From: Ruditapes philippinarum
Taxonomy: Eukaryota
DNA: 64,000 bases
Direction: 5' to 3'
Assembly (NCBI RefSeq): GCF_026571515.1
Contig: NW_026864613.1
Span: forward strand, 62,001 to 126,000
The notes below the pieces were generated by a model. The model was not told the DNA's origin, did no database searches, and worked only from the letters and a program-made list of their open reading frames with translations. Below, in pieces: positions 1 through 12,940 of the stretch (the first letter of the stretch is position 1; each line of letters opens with the position of its first letter). The position numbers were made by a program, and so were the translations under genes.

Positions 1-3000
1 TGAGACACAGCCACTTTTACCAATGGGATAGCACTTCCTTTCTTTCTTCTTAAGATTAGCACGTTTTGAATATATAGATTAAGCTATTGCTAGGTCTGTG
101 AATGTATATATTAATAAACCAATTCGTTACATCAGTTGGGTTACAAAGGATGACACGAATGTTGATCATATACATATATTAGAAAACAAACAAAGCAAAG
201 TTTCCATCAAACACGTCTAGATCTGCTTATGTTTTGTGTGACACTACAAAATATCTCCACATTTATAATAATGGAACAAGATTCCTGGTACATTTTCGAC
301 AACTAAGTAAGCTAAATATTGTTTAGGTTTTACATCATGGCCTTTGCTATATCCATTGGAAAATATCTATTCTCTGAACACAATGGTAAATGTATATTGT
401 GGCAAATGATGGACATTAACGCCGGTCAGTAACAGAAAGCAGACGACACTGGTCGACATCAGACTATCCTCACATTAATTCAGATAGAAAGGATTGATCC
501 ATAACAAATGCATCGTGATTGAACCGGATTTTTAATCAAGCCTAAGCTTTTACTAAAATGTTTTATGCAGACAAGTCTTCCACTTAGCAGATAGAAATTA
601 CTTGCAAATACGTTTTTTTTTCTAATTTATTCACTGTATCTTTTTACATTGATATTCAAGTCACATGTAGATCAAAACATTTAATACTGTTAAGTATAGA
701 AATGAAGATATTAAATCATCAAATTTGCCAATGTTATTAAATTATATTAGACATTACGACAGAGAGTGATTCATTTGTCTTTGTGAGCAGAATATATAAG
801 CCAATGGTTGGTCAGACTACATGGATGTGAAAGCTGGTCTGGCTTTAAATTTGCACTTAAGGCTTGCGCTTTCGGTTCCAGCAGGCTTAGGGTAAATGTG
901 TATGGTGAAACCCGTGTTGCGATATATTGTGCTACAGACAACCCTTATTGTGATATACTGAAGTGTTGGCTGGCCTAGCTCTATGCCAGTGGTAAAAGCT
1001 AATCATTTTCAGTTATAGCAAGTATCCAACCACTGTCAAAACTGAACTTTCGGTCATTTTCTAAATAAAAATATTCGTAGAAAACAGTTGTTGACAAACC
1101 ATTTACCACGTTAAAAAAACTTCAAAGGACGTGCCCATCATTCAATTTGGAAAAAAAGTTATCCTTTCAATAAAAATTTCAAAATTTATGCTGACTCAAT
1201 AGATGTGCCGGCTGATCTTTGTCTGGAAAATTTAATTGTCACATACTTTGAACTTACGGTACACCTGAAAAAATCCCCTTCAGTAAAAAGTGGTAATTAA
1301 GTAAGTTCATTCTTGTTTTTAATTGATTTTTTGCAATATATTGACATTAAAAACCGATACAGAAAATGAAAATTTTGAAATTGAATATTTCACAAAAGAA
1401 AAATATACAGAAAACGTATACAGTAACTACACAAAGGTGTCATACGACTACTTCTGGATCACTCTAACAATCATTTCCTTATACAGAGAAAAGATTAGTT
1501 TTTCTTACAAAAAATCATTTCATTCTTGTTGTATCTTCGCTTTGTTGAAGTTGGAAGTTTAAACATATTTTATTACTCAGGATATATGTAACCTGTTACA
1601 GTTTACGCTATTTAAGAAGCATTACAAATATTCTTTCAAAACAGGATTAGAATGGAAGACAAAGTCTTATAAAATACCATTCTTTCAACTTGTTAGAGCT
1701 GTAAATGATCTTTGAAGCATCAGCAATAAAATGTTTATTTGAGAGTTTTATAAACCACTTTATTGAACAGTGCAAAATATAGTTGTAAAGTATTAAATTC
1801 TGGTGCGTGTAGCTTTAAGTATTACATGTGTAACAAATGATTCCTAGTTATCCAATTACGTATAGTTTATTATATAATAAAACTGTAATTTAATGTTTGA
1901 ATATATTCCCAGAGAGATATTTACTATGAACTATTAACTATGTAGTAAAATTAAAATGTTCTGTCAATTGTTTAAATCATACGTTTAACATGTTAGAAGA
2001 AAACTTCTAATTTCTGAATATGTTAAGTGTTTTTCGAAAATGTGTGGAATGAATTCAGAGAAAAAATAATATCCTACAAAAAATCTAATGACTGCTAGGT
2101 ATTGTTATTTCCAATGCAATTTATGACGTGTAATTGTGTAAGGGACACAAAGTTGTTAAAACGGAAGACGATAATTAGATTGTTTTGTTTGAAAACATGC
2201 ACTACATTTCGGAAGTTCTTGAATCTGATTGCGTTTTATTGTCAAATATCGAAATGAAACCGAACTTGATTAATCTGAATTTTGGCGAGAAATTACTGTC
2301 AATTAGCTAGCGAAGGCAAGTAATATTAGTAATTTAACACATGTGAACACTCCCGTGCGGAAATGTAATCATTTAATTGGATTAAGTTTTAATTGGTAAT
2401 AAAGCTGATTACTGCACGACTTCCTGAAATGGTAATAAGCAGGTTTGAAGAACATTGCCAACTCCCGCTCTTAGTTTCATAATACTCGTATAACATGATT
2501 GTAACTCATGTGTCATAATTTGAAAAATGTCCTCGAGAATTTCAATATCATCTCAACTAATGTATTATAATGTGTCATGTTCGACAAAATGTTGAAAAAT
2601 AAAGTACATATTCTCCTCCACTGATGGAAAGTTAGTCATGAAAGACATAATTAAAACTACAGTTATATGGACAGTTTTTGATTTTTAAAAATACTTAGCT
2701 CAATTCACCAACTGACAGACATTTTCGGGGTAATTTTCTATTATATATAAAAGACAAAGTATGAAAATCAGCAGAAAAAGAAAACAAACGCTTCATGTGA
2801 AATGTAAATTTTCTTTACGTTTTTGAAGAACATATCATTATAGCAATACTTAAATACTTGTGAGAGATTTCTTACATGCGTAATATATTGGTAATGTTCT
2901 CACAAGGCGAAAGGGGGAGATAATACATGTTTTGTGAAAAACCTCTCTACAAATATCTTACAATCAGGGAGAATACAAGATGAAAAGAAAATGCAGCTTC

Positions 3001-3646
3001 CTAAACGTTAGATAACCATATATTCCATTAACGCGTAGAGATCATACATGTTCATTCAATGGTGAAAGAAATTGATTTTAACCATGATTTCCTAAAAATA
3101 AATTACACGTAAATGAATGTTCGTTATCATGATCACGTTCACCAAAGGTAGAAATGTCATATTTGTATTCTTATCAATAAAAAAACGCCATCATAATTGT
3201 TATCAAAGTTAGTATGGACAATTTAAAATTACGGATAAAACACAATCTGTGTAATTTATATTAAAGCGATAGTGAAATTCAAGGTCATATGCTACTGTCA
3301 ATTTGTGGCATCAGTAGTGTGGCATGGATATAAATTTTCTATACACTGCATCGGCATATATTACTACATGTATGAAAAAAAAAAATATATAAATTCGTAT
3401 TTGAGCAAAGAGCAGAAATACATGTATGTAATATGAATAGAAAATTCAAAAGAATATAAAAGCGCATCGTGATGGTTTCCCTTGAATTTGATCAGAGAAT
3501 AATTCAGACATTGAACATTTGCATATGTTGCTGTCTTTGGTCTAATAATTCAGCTCGTTAAAGAACATACTGCATTATAGCTTTAAATGAATGCTAAAAT
3601 GTGGAGGAATCAACCAACAGCTTTGAATGAAAAAAATGTTTCTTAC

Positions 3647-3722
3647 CTCTAACAATGACCAGATATACGGCAGTACACTATCATCACATTTTTTACATTT
3701 CTAAAACCATCGTTCCATCTAT
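3647..3722 (-). other. Candidate isolated 76-nt spliceosomal exon (non-coding or terminal)
   Basis: The minus strand reads ...cttatatttcAG|atagatgg...gttagag|GTaaga, with a good acceptor and donor. All three frames contain a stop and no partner exons were identified. Confidence 0.25.
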
Positions 3723-6151
3723 CTGAAATATAAGAAAATAAAACCGGGATAAGTGATAGAAATTTAAGATACTTTGAAGAGTTGTAACTAAATAAGTTTG
3801 AATATGAATTTTAAAGATTCATTATCACGGCAATACTGACACTATACTTGACATGAATAAGCTCAATCAAACCGAGCTGCAACATTTGTAATAAGTAAGA
3901 GCTAGCTTATGCGTATACATATTCAAATTGGCATGAATAACCGACACTTTCATGATATAAAACTGTACTTTTTTGTATGTAATGGACACGAATGACGGTT
4001 CAGAATTTTACACTGATATACACAAAGAATTAATTACATGACGCTATACATACTTGTATGGAATATTTCCAAAATTCGCTTTTTTATGAAAGGACCCCCT
4101 CTTATAGCAATATATTTGCTAAAGTTTTAACATGTCTAAGTAAGTATGTCTTATAGCTTTTCATCTTAATTCCCTCGAATCAATGAGCCTGTAGTAAATA
4201 TAGCATATTTTAGCACGTTACTTGTACATGTGAAACACTCATTATTGTTGCAAATTGAAATTCATATGTTGCCTAAAATTATTCCATTATATGTGTTCAC
4301 ATCAAAATATTCAATTGAAATACTCTATCATGTCTTGAACCAATTCATTCTGTAGCATAGGGATTTACAATATTAGAAAAGCTGAGATAAAATAAGTATT
4401 ATATTCATCCTGGGCGAAATTGTATTTATTTAGTTCATTTCCTTCGATCATGTAAATCATTTCTGTAGACTAGAATTAAGAACTTTATATTCACTGTCCA
4501 TAAAATTGAACCAAATTCGTGTTTGATTTCTTATGGGAATAAAGCAGTATCGATTGTACCACGAGATGGTACTTCAAAACTAGCACTTATCTGCCATTCT
4601 AAGGGAAGTAGTCGTTTATATGCTTAGTTTGGCGACTACATAATTGTTTTTCGATATATTTTCTGGAATCGTGACTTAAATTAAAAAGAAATCTTGATAC
4701 ATATTTTAAACAGCATAAAATTTATACGTATTTAGATTTAGAAGTTTCCGATGCATAAAAAAGTTCCCGTATAGTTTGATTTGTAATGATTTTTTTTGTT
4801 GAAACGAAAATATGACTTTATCCAACCAATGCCAAGAAATAAAAAGGACGTAACAGATAATGGGAAAATCATCAAGAAAAATAGGAGGATGATCATAGGA
4901 ACCTGGTGTTTCTCTATTATATTTCGGGCCCGTTTAAACATTTAACCATTAACAGTAAAATTACAGAACAAAGAAGTAAGAAATATTATAGGAAACTTTT
5001 CAAATAACATTACTGAGAAAGTTTCGTTATGATTAATCTCAGTTGTGAATTCCAGCACAATAGCCTGTAGATAAATGTTAAGATCTTTTACACGAACATA
5101 CATCATTAGTTTCAAAATCTGCTCTATTTTGCTTAAACGTATTTTGTAAATTTCATTAATCTGACAATTTCTAGCTTTTGTCTAATTGCTGTTAGAAGAA
5201 CAGTACTGCACAAGACGTGATAGTGAGATGTATATTTAAGACTGAATGCCTATATGGAGATAGTTCTGAAGAAAGATCAATATATGTTATCACAAGGGGA
5301 ATGATTTAGTTCCGAATACTGCTACCGGCCTAGACTAGAGGTTTCTCGTAATATCAAGAAGATTACGAACATTTTCATGTAGACGTTGTTCAAAATGTTT
5401 TGAAAACTGTATTTTCTAGGAGAAATGAGAAAAAGAAAACAACATAATAGCAAGTGCACTCTATAGCCCTTCTCTAATGTAAAACTTATACCTGACAGTC
5501 ACAGATTCAAAGCACAATATTTCACTACGATAACGATCATTTCAAATTAAAATGTTTACTTTTCTGGAAAAATGAGTTTTATGTCTATTGTTCTAGAAAA
5601 CAGTTTATTTGCAAATCTCTTTAATAACAAAACATGGACCTTGAGTATTTGTTGAAAAAAAATATCAAATTTTCAAGAAAATGTCTCATAGATACTGAGT
5701 TGCAAAGGAAAGTGTGCACTTGGCTACATGGAAATGTTGGATACTTATTAAGCAAAATACTGGCATATTTGATATCAAAATTTGCAGAGATGCATTGACT
5801 ATGACTGATATTTAATTGATATATGATTAAACAAAACTTTGGGTATGTGTAAAAAATGAGGAATGAAAAATAAAAAATACATAATTTTTCTTTTTGTAAT
5901 TGCCTCATGTGCGTTTGAATACTAAGCATTTTGAAAATATATTTTTTAAGTACATATGTCGTTACGTTAGGTCCATTTAGTCTCAAACACTTTGTTGGTG
6001 CAAGGATAAAATGTACATAGCAAATACTGATAATTTACACGCGCCAAACAAGGCAAGAAAGCGTTAAAATCATAATTTTACACATTTCTCATTTCAAACT
6101 TCCGATATTTATACGAACCTAAAATAAGATAATTATCTTATATCAATACCA

Positions 6152-6473
6152 ATCAAACCATTGTATGGTCAATACATTCTTGCAAATTCTGATCAAACCA
6201 TTGTATGGTCAATACATTCTTGCAAATTCTGATCAAACCATTGTATGGTCAATACATTCTTGCAAATTCTGATCAAACCATTGTATGGTCAATACATTCT
6301 TGCAAATTCTGATCAAACCATTGTATGGTCAATACATTCTTGCAAGTTCTGATCAAACCATTGTATGGTCAATACATTCTTGCAAATTCTGATCAAACCA
6401 TTGTATGGTCAATACATTCTTGCAAATTCTGATCAAACCATTGTATGGTCAATACATTCTTGCAAATTCTGAT
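6152..6473. repeat. Near-perfect 40-bp minisatellite, 8 copies
   Basis: Unit atcaaaccattgtatggtcaatacattcttgcaaattctg repeats at 40-bp spacing from 6152, with a single A>G variant in copy 5 (tgcaagttct). Confidence 0.97.
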
Positions 6474-7583
6474 AACAACTTTGCTAATGTCGTGCTCATG
6501 TATGTATACATACAAAAAATTTTCAGACTGAAAACCCTGCGATACATAATCATCTCCCTTTTTCTCACAAAAAAGTATTCAATTCATAAAGAAATTTTAA
6601 ATTTTTATGCTTAATTACTCATTGTCAGTAAACGAAATCTCCAGGTAAACTCTTTCAAAAGTTTAACTTTCTTCTTATTTAAATTATTTTCATACATCTT
6701 CACATGACATGACTCTTTAGTTTGATATTGCATCATTGTCTACATGTTAATTACCAGTATATTGTTTGAAACTTCATTTTGTGTCATATTGCCCTGTACA
6801 GTATATGAGCCATACATAAATAAACGTATATGTTGTTGTTTTTGAAAATAGACCGTCAGAAAACAATAATCATAAATTATTATAGAAACACATGTATGGC
6901 CAAAATTAACGTTTATTTCAAAAAGTTATCATTGAAACAAAGGTGATTTATTAAAATTTTCATCATTATTAAAATTTTCAATAATTATCTTAACTATAAC
7001 CTATAATAGGACTTGTTTTTATTCAGATATTCTCTGTTATCAAAACATCAAAACAAAGATCATAAACATAAATTAAAAATAAAACAAAACCATTCCTTTC
7101 TAAATTCAGAATAATGAGACCTTTTGTTGCCCTCATTGAAACTTTTTTCTGACAACGTCATTTGAATGAATCGTATATAAAGTAGGGATAAACAAGGTTA
7201 GCTTTTAAAAAAGCTAGTAGCGACTCGCTTCGTAATTTTTTTCCAGGGGTGCGTTTAAATGTAAAAATGACAGTTCTGTTAGCTGAAGAGACTTCAGCGA
7301 ACATCAAAATAAAAGTGACATAAAGTTATGGAAGCCAGTTCTCTCAGTTTAAGAAAGAGGAATATGAGTATATATGAAGATGCATGTAAACAGATATAAT
7401 GAAGTCCCTATGTCTATGCACATTTACTGTATGGCCTGTTGACCTTGACCAAATAAATGTTAGATAGGTAGAATTCATAAAGATGTCTCTTTATACGAAG
7501 TTAAGTCGTAATATGTTATTTAGTATTGGAATGAGTGACAGACATAAGTCCTAAAGTAAACACAAGTTGTCTATCAATTCAGC

Positions 7584-7850
7584 CAGAAAAGCCGGGATCC
7601 TATTAAAAATATAGGAACCCCGGAAATTGACCAGTCTAAGATGTTTTTCAGATAAGCCGGGATCCTATTAAAACATATAGGGATTCCGGGAATTGACCAG
7701 TTCAAGAATTTAGTTTTCAGAAAAGCCGGGATCGTATTAAAATATAGAGAGATCCCAGGAATTGGCCAGTTCAAGAATATAGTTTTCAGAAAAGCTGGGA
7801 TCGCATTAAAACATAAAGGGGTCCCAGGATTTGACCAATTCAAGAATGTA
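7584..7850. repeat. Degenerate 65-69-bp tandem repeat, 4 copies
   Basis: cagawaagcygggatc...attaaaa...ccmgga...ttgrccartt recurs at about 7584, 7649, 7718 and 7787. This accounts for the repetitive ORF 7574..7867. Confidence 0.85.
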
Positions 7851-8511
7851 GTCTTTGATTTTTCCAATTAATTAGGCATATAATTATAAGTATTGTGATT
7901 TCCGCATTTTAAGTTTATTAATAAATAGCTCTAAATATATTTATATCCTAAGTTTAATTAATTTAACGTTTATTACATACAATAAAAAAACTTAATGTTT
8001 AATGGCCTTTCATTACGACAATAATCAACACAAATATAGTTTATTAGTTTTCCCTCTATATCTTATACGATCCCGGATCCCGGCCAATCCGGGGCGTCCC
8101 GGATCCCGGCCAGTAAATGTATACACTTAATACCGGAAAGGATTAAATGACCGGAAAAAAGGAAAAAGAAAAAAATGCACAGAACCAGATGTACACATAT
8201 GTTTATTAACCAAACGAAAACTTACTACAGAGGAACAGGTGAAATGGCGAAATCAAAAGTCAGTGTAAATATTATTTATTGAAAACAAACATTTTAATCA
8301 TCATTATATCTTTGCGCTCAAAATAATACTTGCTGCTTTTTAAAAATGGCGTGAAAATTGAAGGTTTTTTGACGCTATGTAAGATTAAATTTGATTGGCT
8401 AAATAATTTTGGATCCTAGCCCTGATAGATAAATTTTGTGGAAAGCTGGAAGCCAAGCTTCGATTAAATTTTTGGATGGATTCGGAGTTTTAGGTTGTTT
8501 CTCAGTAAAAT

Positions 8512-8555
8512 CCTAACGTAATACCGGCTCGCCGTGGCGAGCCGGCAACATAATA
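8512..8555. mobile_element. GC-rich terminal hairpin of a probable Helentron/HINE-type non-autonomous element
   Basis: Perfect 10-bp stem ccggctcgcc-gt-ggcgagccgg preceded by taata and followed by AT-rich DNA. Same layout as the hairpin at about 51,000. The other end was not located. Confidence 0.4.
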
Positions 8556-8768
8556 CTATTGTGTTGTCATACTGTACGTGCGAGGAATATGATTGATCTT
8601 TACGGTGTCCATGTGGCTCAAAGTCAAACAAATAATATAGTATAACGAAGGAAAGAATGTAGAACTACACTTCAGAAACACCAGAGTAGGTTTCATTTTA
8701 TAGTTAGTGACAAGCCTGTCCGTGCTTCGCCTTGCACCCTGTCCGGTTTTTGTTTTGGGGCCTACTGG

Positions 8769-8853
8769 GCTCTTTGCCATTGGTTCTTGTTGCTGGATCG
8801 CGTGGGGGTTGCGTTCATTGAACGCCGCATTTTCTTGTTGATCTTGTTTATCA
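8769..8853 (+). repeat. Interspersed repeat fragment (copy 1; copy 2 at 53193-53279), likely a retroelement 3' region
   Basis: ctctttgccattggttcttgttgctggatcgcgtgggggttgcgttcattgaacgccgc...ttgttgatctt.tttatcat aligns ungapped with 53193-53279. Confidence 0.8.
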
Positions 8854-9307
8854 TATTATGAGATACTTTTATCGACCGGTTTTGGTCAAACAATGACCTT
8901 CATACATATAAATAAAGTATTTATAGACCAGGGTGTCGATTTCAATTAAATTATACGTAAAGCCCTTTGAAATATTTGTTCTATTTTGACGTTTACTTTT
9001 AAGTTGTGTAAACATTTTTATAACAACTTTACTGTTTAAGTATTAAAGGCGTTTAAAATTAACAAATAAATGTAATACAGCTACGCCGCCTATATATAGA
9101 TATATTGAGCCTTTACATTTTGATGATCCTCAATGACTCGTAACAAAAGGACAATTTGAAAAATGAACCTTTTATAGCAAAGCTGTAACAACACCTTCCA
9201 TAAATACTTTTCTAAGAGAAATAACTTCAAGATAAAACAACTTATATTTTCTCGTTTATGGAATTACATGAAATGATCTTTCGAATAACGAAATATTCAA
9301 GTAGGTA

Positions 9308-9440
9308 TGACACTAAGCCAATCGTAATGTGACAAATGAAAATTGCTTTTACACTATAGAAACATTCGCCACATTTCAGTGCATTATTCGTGTGTATAAG
9401 ATTAGCTGGCATTAATTATTCACATGATAAGAGGTTTTAG
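9308..9440 (+). repeat. Old duplicated block E (paralogue at about 15246-15375)
   Basis: atgacactaagccaat...tgacaaatgaaaattgcttttacact...cattaattattcacat versus atgacattaaaccaat...tgacaaatgaaaatagctttcacact...cattaataattcacat. Confidence 0.7.
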
Positions 9441-9693
9441 TCTCAGATATATAGAATTGTGGCGGTTGGGAATTATACACAAGCTATTAAAGCGATCATA
9501 TTTTATGATTGACTTAATGTTATAAACAGAGAATCCGTATCAAATAATAGAGTGAATGATGTAAAACATGTTACAAAACCACCAGACGGGAAATGTTTCG
9601 AGAAAGCAAATTACATGTATGTATTTATGAGTCAAATGAGAAAATATGAAGAAAGAAATATGCTGCAATCTAAAATGTAGGTCGGAATATATC

Positions 9694-11005
9694 ATATTAG
9701 TTATAAATATTGTTGACAGGTTATATGGCCCTATATAAACGGTTGTTTGAAAATGTAACCCGAGCCTCTAGGCGAGGGTAATATTGCAAACAGACGTTTA
9801 TATACGGCAATATAACCTGTCAACGATCTTTATAGCGAATTTTTAATACAGCAAGCATCATTTTTTAGCGAAAAAGTAAGATTTCTTCATGAATCGACAG
9901 CAGCCGTGTATATTATTAGTTATAAAGATTGTTGACAGGTTATATGGCCCTATATAAACGGCTGTTTGTAAATATAACCCGAGCCGCTAGGCGAGGGTTA
10001 TATTGCAAACAGCCGTTTATATACGGCCATATAACCTGTCAACAATCTTTATAACGAATTTATATTACAGCAAACATCAATTTTTAGAGAAAAAAGTAAG
10101 ATAACTTCATGAATCGACAACAGCCGTGTATATAAAACTATATAAACGTCACGATTATCCAATGAAAAGCGACGTTACAAACGTGCAGTTTTATAAAATT
10201 TAAAAGCGACGTTACAAACGTGCAGTATTATAAATTTATAATACTGCACGTTTGTAACGTTACAAACGTGCAGTATTATAAATTTATAATACTGCACGTT
10301 TGTAACGTCGCTTTTCATTGGATAATCGTGACGTTTATATAGTTTTATATAAACGGCTGCTGTCAATTTATAAAGAAATCTCACTTTTTTCTCTAAAGGA
10401 AGGAAGTTTGCAGTATTATAAATTCGTTATAAATATTCCTGAAAGGTTATATGGCCGAATATAAACGGTTGTTTACAATATATTTACAAACAACCGTTTA
10501 TATAGGGTCATATAACCTGTCAACAATCTTTATAACTAATATTATAATACTGCACGTTTGTAACGTCGCTTTTCATTGGATAATCGTGACGTTTATATAG
10601 TTTTATATACACGGCTGCTGTCGATTTATGAAGAAATCTTACTTTTTTCACTAAAAAATGATGTTTGCTGTAATATAAATTCGTTATAAAGATTGTTGAC
10701 AGGTTATATGGCCGTATATAAACGGCTGTTTGCAATATAACCCTCGCCTAGCGGCTCGGGTTATATTTACAAACAGCCGTTTATATAGGGCCATATAACC
10801 TGTCAACAATCTTTATAACTAATAATATACACGGCTGCTGTCGATTCATGAAGAAATCTTACTTTTTCTCTAGCGGCTCGGGTTATATTTACAAATAGCC
10901 GTTTATATAGGGCCATATAACCTGTCAACGATCTTTATAACTAATAATATAAACGTCATGAGTATCCAATGAAAATCGACGTTACAAACGTGGATTATTA
11001 TAAAT
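9694..11005. mobile_element. Rearranged array of about 5 copies of a ~320-bp hairpin-dumbbell non-autonomous element (family 1)
   Basis: Plus-strand copies start at about 9694 and 9913. Tail-to-tail palindromes lie at 10211-10310, and minus-strand copies at about 10283-10540, 10541-10825 and 10826-10945. Intact copies have a ~140-bp hairpin with apex acccgagcc(t/g)ctaggcgagggt. Confidence 0.9.
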
Positions 11006-11046
11006 ATATAAACAGGGATGCATAATTTGCGAGAAATGTAAGATAT

Positions 11047-11399
11047 ATAGAGGATATTGAATGAGTGTAAGTTCAATACAGAATTTATTGCACGAGTTGA
11101 ATAAAATTATATTATGCGAGCCTCTGGCGAGCATAATATTATTTTATTCAACGAGTGCAATAAATTCAGTAATGAACTTACACGAATTTAATATTCTATT
11201 TATCACATACCAAAAATAAAGACCGTTTAAGGTGAAATAAGAGTCATATTTCATTGACGCGCCTATAGTATAACGCTAACATTTAGCGCGTCTTTACACT
11301 ATGTTTGTATAACGCTAATGACGTCACGTCAAAATATATGCACGGCCGTGCAATACCATATTTACGGAGTCGCAAAATCGGCACGGGTGTGTGATAAAT
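11047..11399 (+). mobile_element. Hairpin-dumbbell non-autonomous element (family 2), possibly Crypton/tyrosine-recombinase class
   Basis: Hairpin 11047-11198 with apex gcgagcc-tct-ggcgagc and three tandem G.A mismatches. Second inverted repeat is atttatcacatac (11198-11210) / gtgtgtgataaat (11387-11399). The class assignment is inference. Confidence 0.8.
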
Positions 11400-11589
11400 T
11401 CTCATATTTCATTTCGAAAAAAAAAATACACGAATGTACATGATTCGTTTTGAAAACTCTCTAAGTATTCATATATCTAATATTCATGTTAGTCTATATA
11501 GATAATTATACATATAATGCAGTTGCTACACTAAAGAATTTCAGGGTGTTGAATTAAGCAGAACATCAGAGTGATCTTATATCATACAA

Positions 11590-11685
11590 CGGGAAGCTGT
11601 TCGGACGCAAACACGGAAATTGGCAAATAATAACGGTCGTGGTACATTAGAAATCAATCATAGATGGCGTGCTGACTACAATTAT
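11590..11685 (+). repeat. Old duplicated block D (paralogue at about 16240-16335)
   Basis: aaattggcaa.taat.a.gg...tggtacattagaaatcaatcata.at.gcgtgct is present at both loci. Confidence 0.8.
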
Positions 11686-12685
11686 CCATTGAGTATCGGC
11701 CTGGGAAGACATAACTATACACTATGATAAATACCGTCTATCCGAGAACATTCCCCACTTTTCAATAGTTTGTACACATATTCAAAGATTTTCTTTGCAC
11801 AAAAATGTGTCAGAATAATTATGGACAATAGTTAATGGATCAATGGATCGAAATAAATGCAACGAGAAGAACAGGAAAAACGAAAAACATAGATGCCTTA
11901 TAGTTTTATTTTATGGATAGTAATAATTCTTGAAACACCATTTTAATGCACAGGAAGTCAACGAAATCTAAAGACTATAAGAAGTATTGCTTGTATCTCA
12001 TTTACAAAATCATTGATAAGTCTTTAACAAGATTAAAATCATAATACAACACTTAATACTTCAATACAATAAAAAGATTCTTAATGCCTTATGATAACCT
12101 AAAATAATTCAATGTAGTAATATCATAGAAAATGTCCATTTATTAATGATATTTGAGTACAAACAACACATTCTGATGAAAAACGTTGTCTCTAAGTACT
12201 ATAGAAATATGTTTAAGTATTTCGTTTGTGTTGTCTACCCTGATGAAACTAAAAGACAATATGTAAATAAAGGGAAATACTATTTCTTGGTTGGAGTATT
12301 TCTAACAACATAAAACCATGTAAAAAAACTTTGATAAATAGTGATTCCTCGCAAGCAATTCTCATTAAACATGTGGTATAATGAAAAAGTACAACATACC
12401 TCACGCCCGTTAGCACCGGCGTGAGCGGTTCTCAGTGTTCAAAACTTTAAAGTGCTGGAATCAATGATCCCAATGGACCAGAAAACTATAACAACACTGA
12501 AGTGTTGAATATTATTGAATATTCAATTATTAATTGATATTCAATAACCCACGTGCTACATGGACAGTTCTATCAATATCCTTCATAATTTTTCGGTTAC
12601 GCTCTGTTAAAAGAAATAGGAGGGATACTCTTTTTTATATTTCAGGCAACTTTTATATCTTATCTTAAACATTTTTAATTTTTTA

Positions 12686-12940
12686 TTTGTCAATCATCAC
12701 CTAAACACAATTTAGGCCATATGGCACTGAAACAGGAATTATGATTTTGGCTAACCACGGATGTTACAATTTAAAGCAACACCTGTGGTCAAAACCATCT
12801 CACCTACTTGAGCTAAGTGATGCATAGACTCTAGTAATTTGGACCCATTCAGGCGCCTCTTACGATCACGCAGGAATAAACGGTGGCTGTGATTCTGATG
12901 CCTCAACCGTTTAACGCAACCGCTCAGGCACAAGGGAGAA
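12686..12940. mobile_element. Decayed SINE/LINE-tail-like fragment
   Basis: Locally GC-richer island with aggccatatggc and gcgcctcttacgatcacgca, resembling motifs I recall from mollusc SINEs. Not database-verified. Confidence 0.3.

Noticed and set aside
780-1230. Degenerate MITE remnants
   Set aside because: Only faint resemblance to MITE internal motifs; no TIR pair or TSD could be defined.
3647-3722. C-type lectin exon (RWND motif)
   Set aside because: The Cys expected shortly after WND is missing, the frame stops before the donor, and no other lectin exons were seen.
6152-6473. CRISPR array
   Set aside because: Units are contiguous and identical with no unique spacers, there are no cas genes, and the context is eukaryotic.
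12170-12260. Additional hammerheads at CTGATGA motifs (about 12174, 12240; also 55198)
   Set aside because: No stem II followed by GAAA, and no stem I/III pairing.
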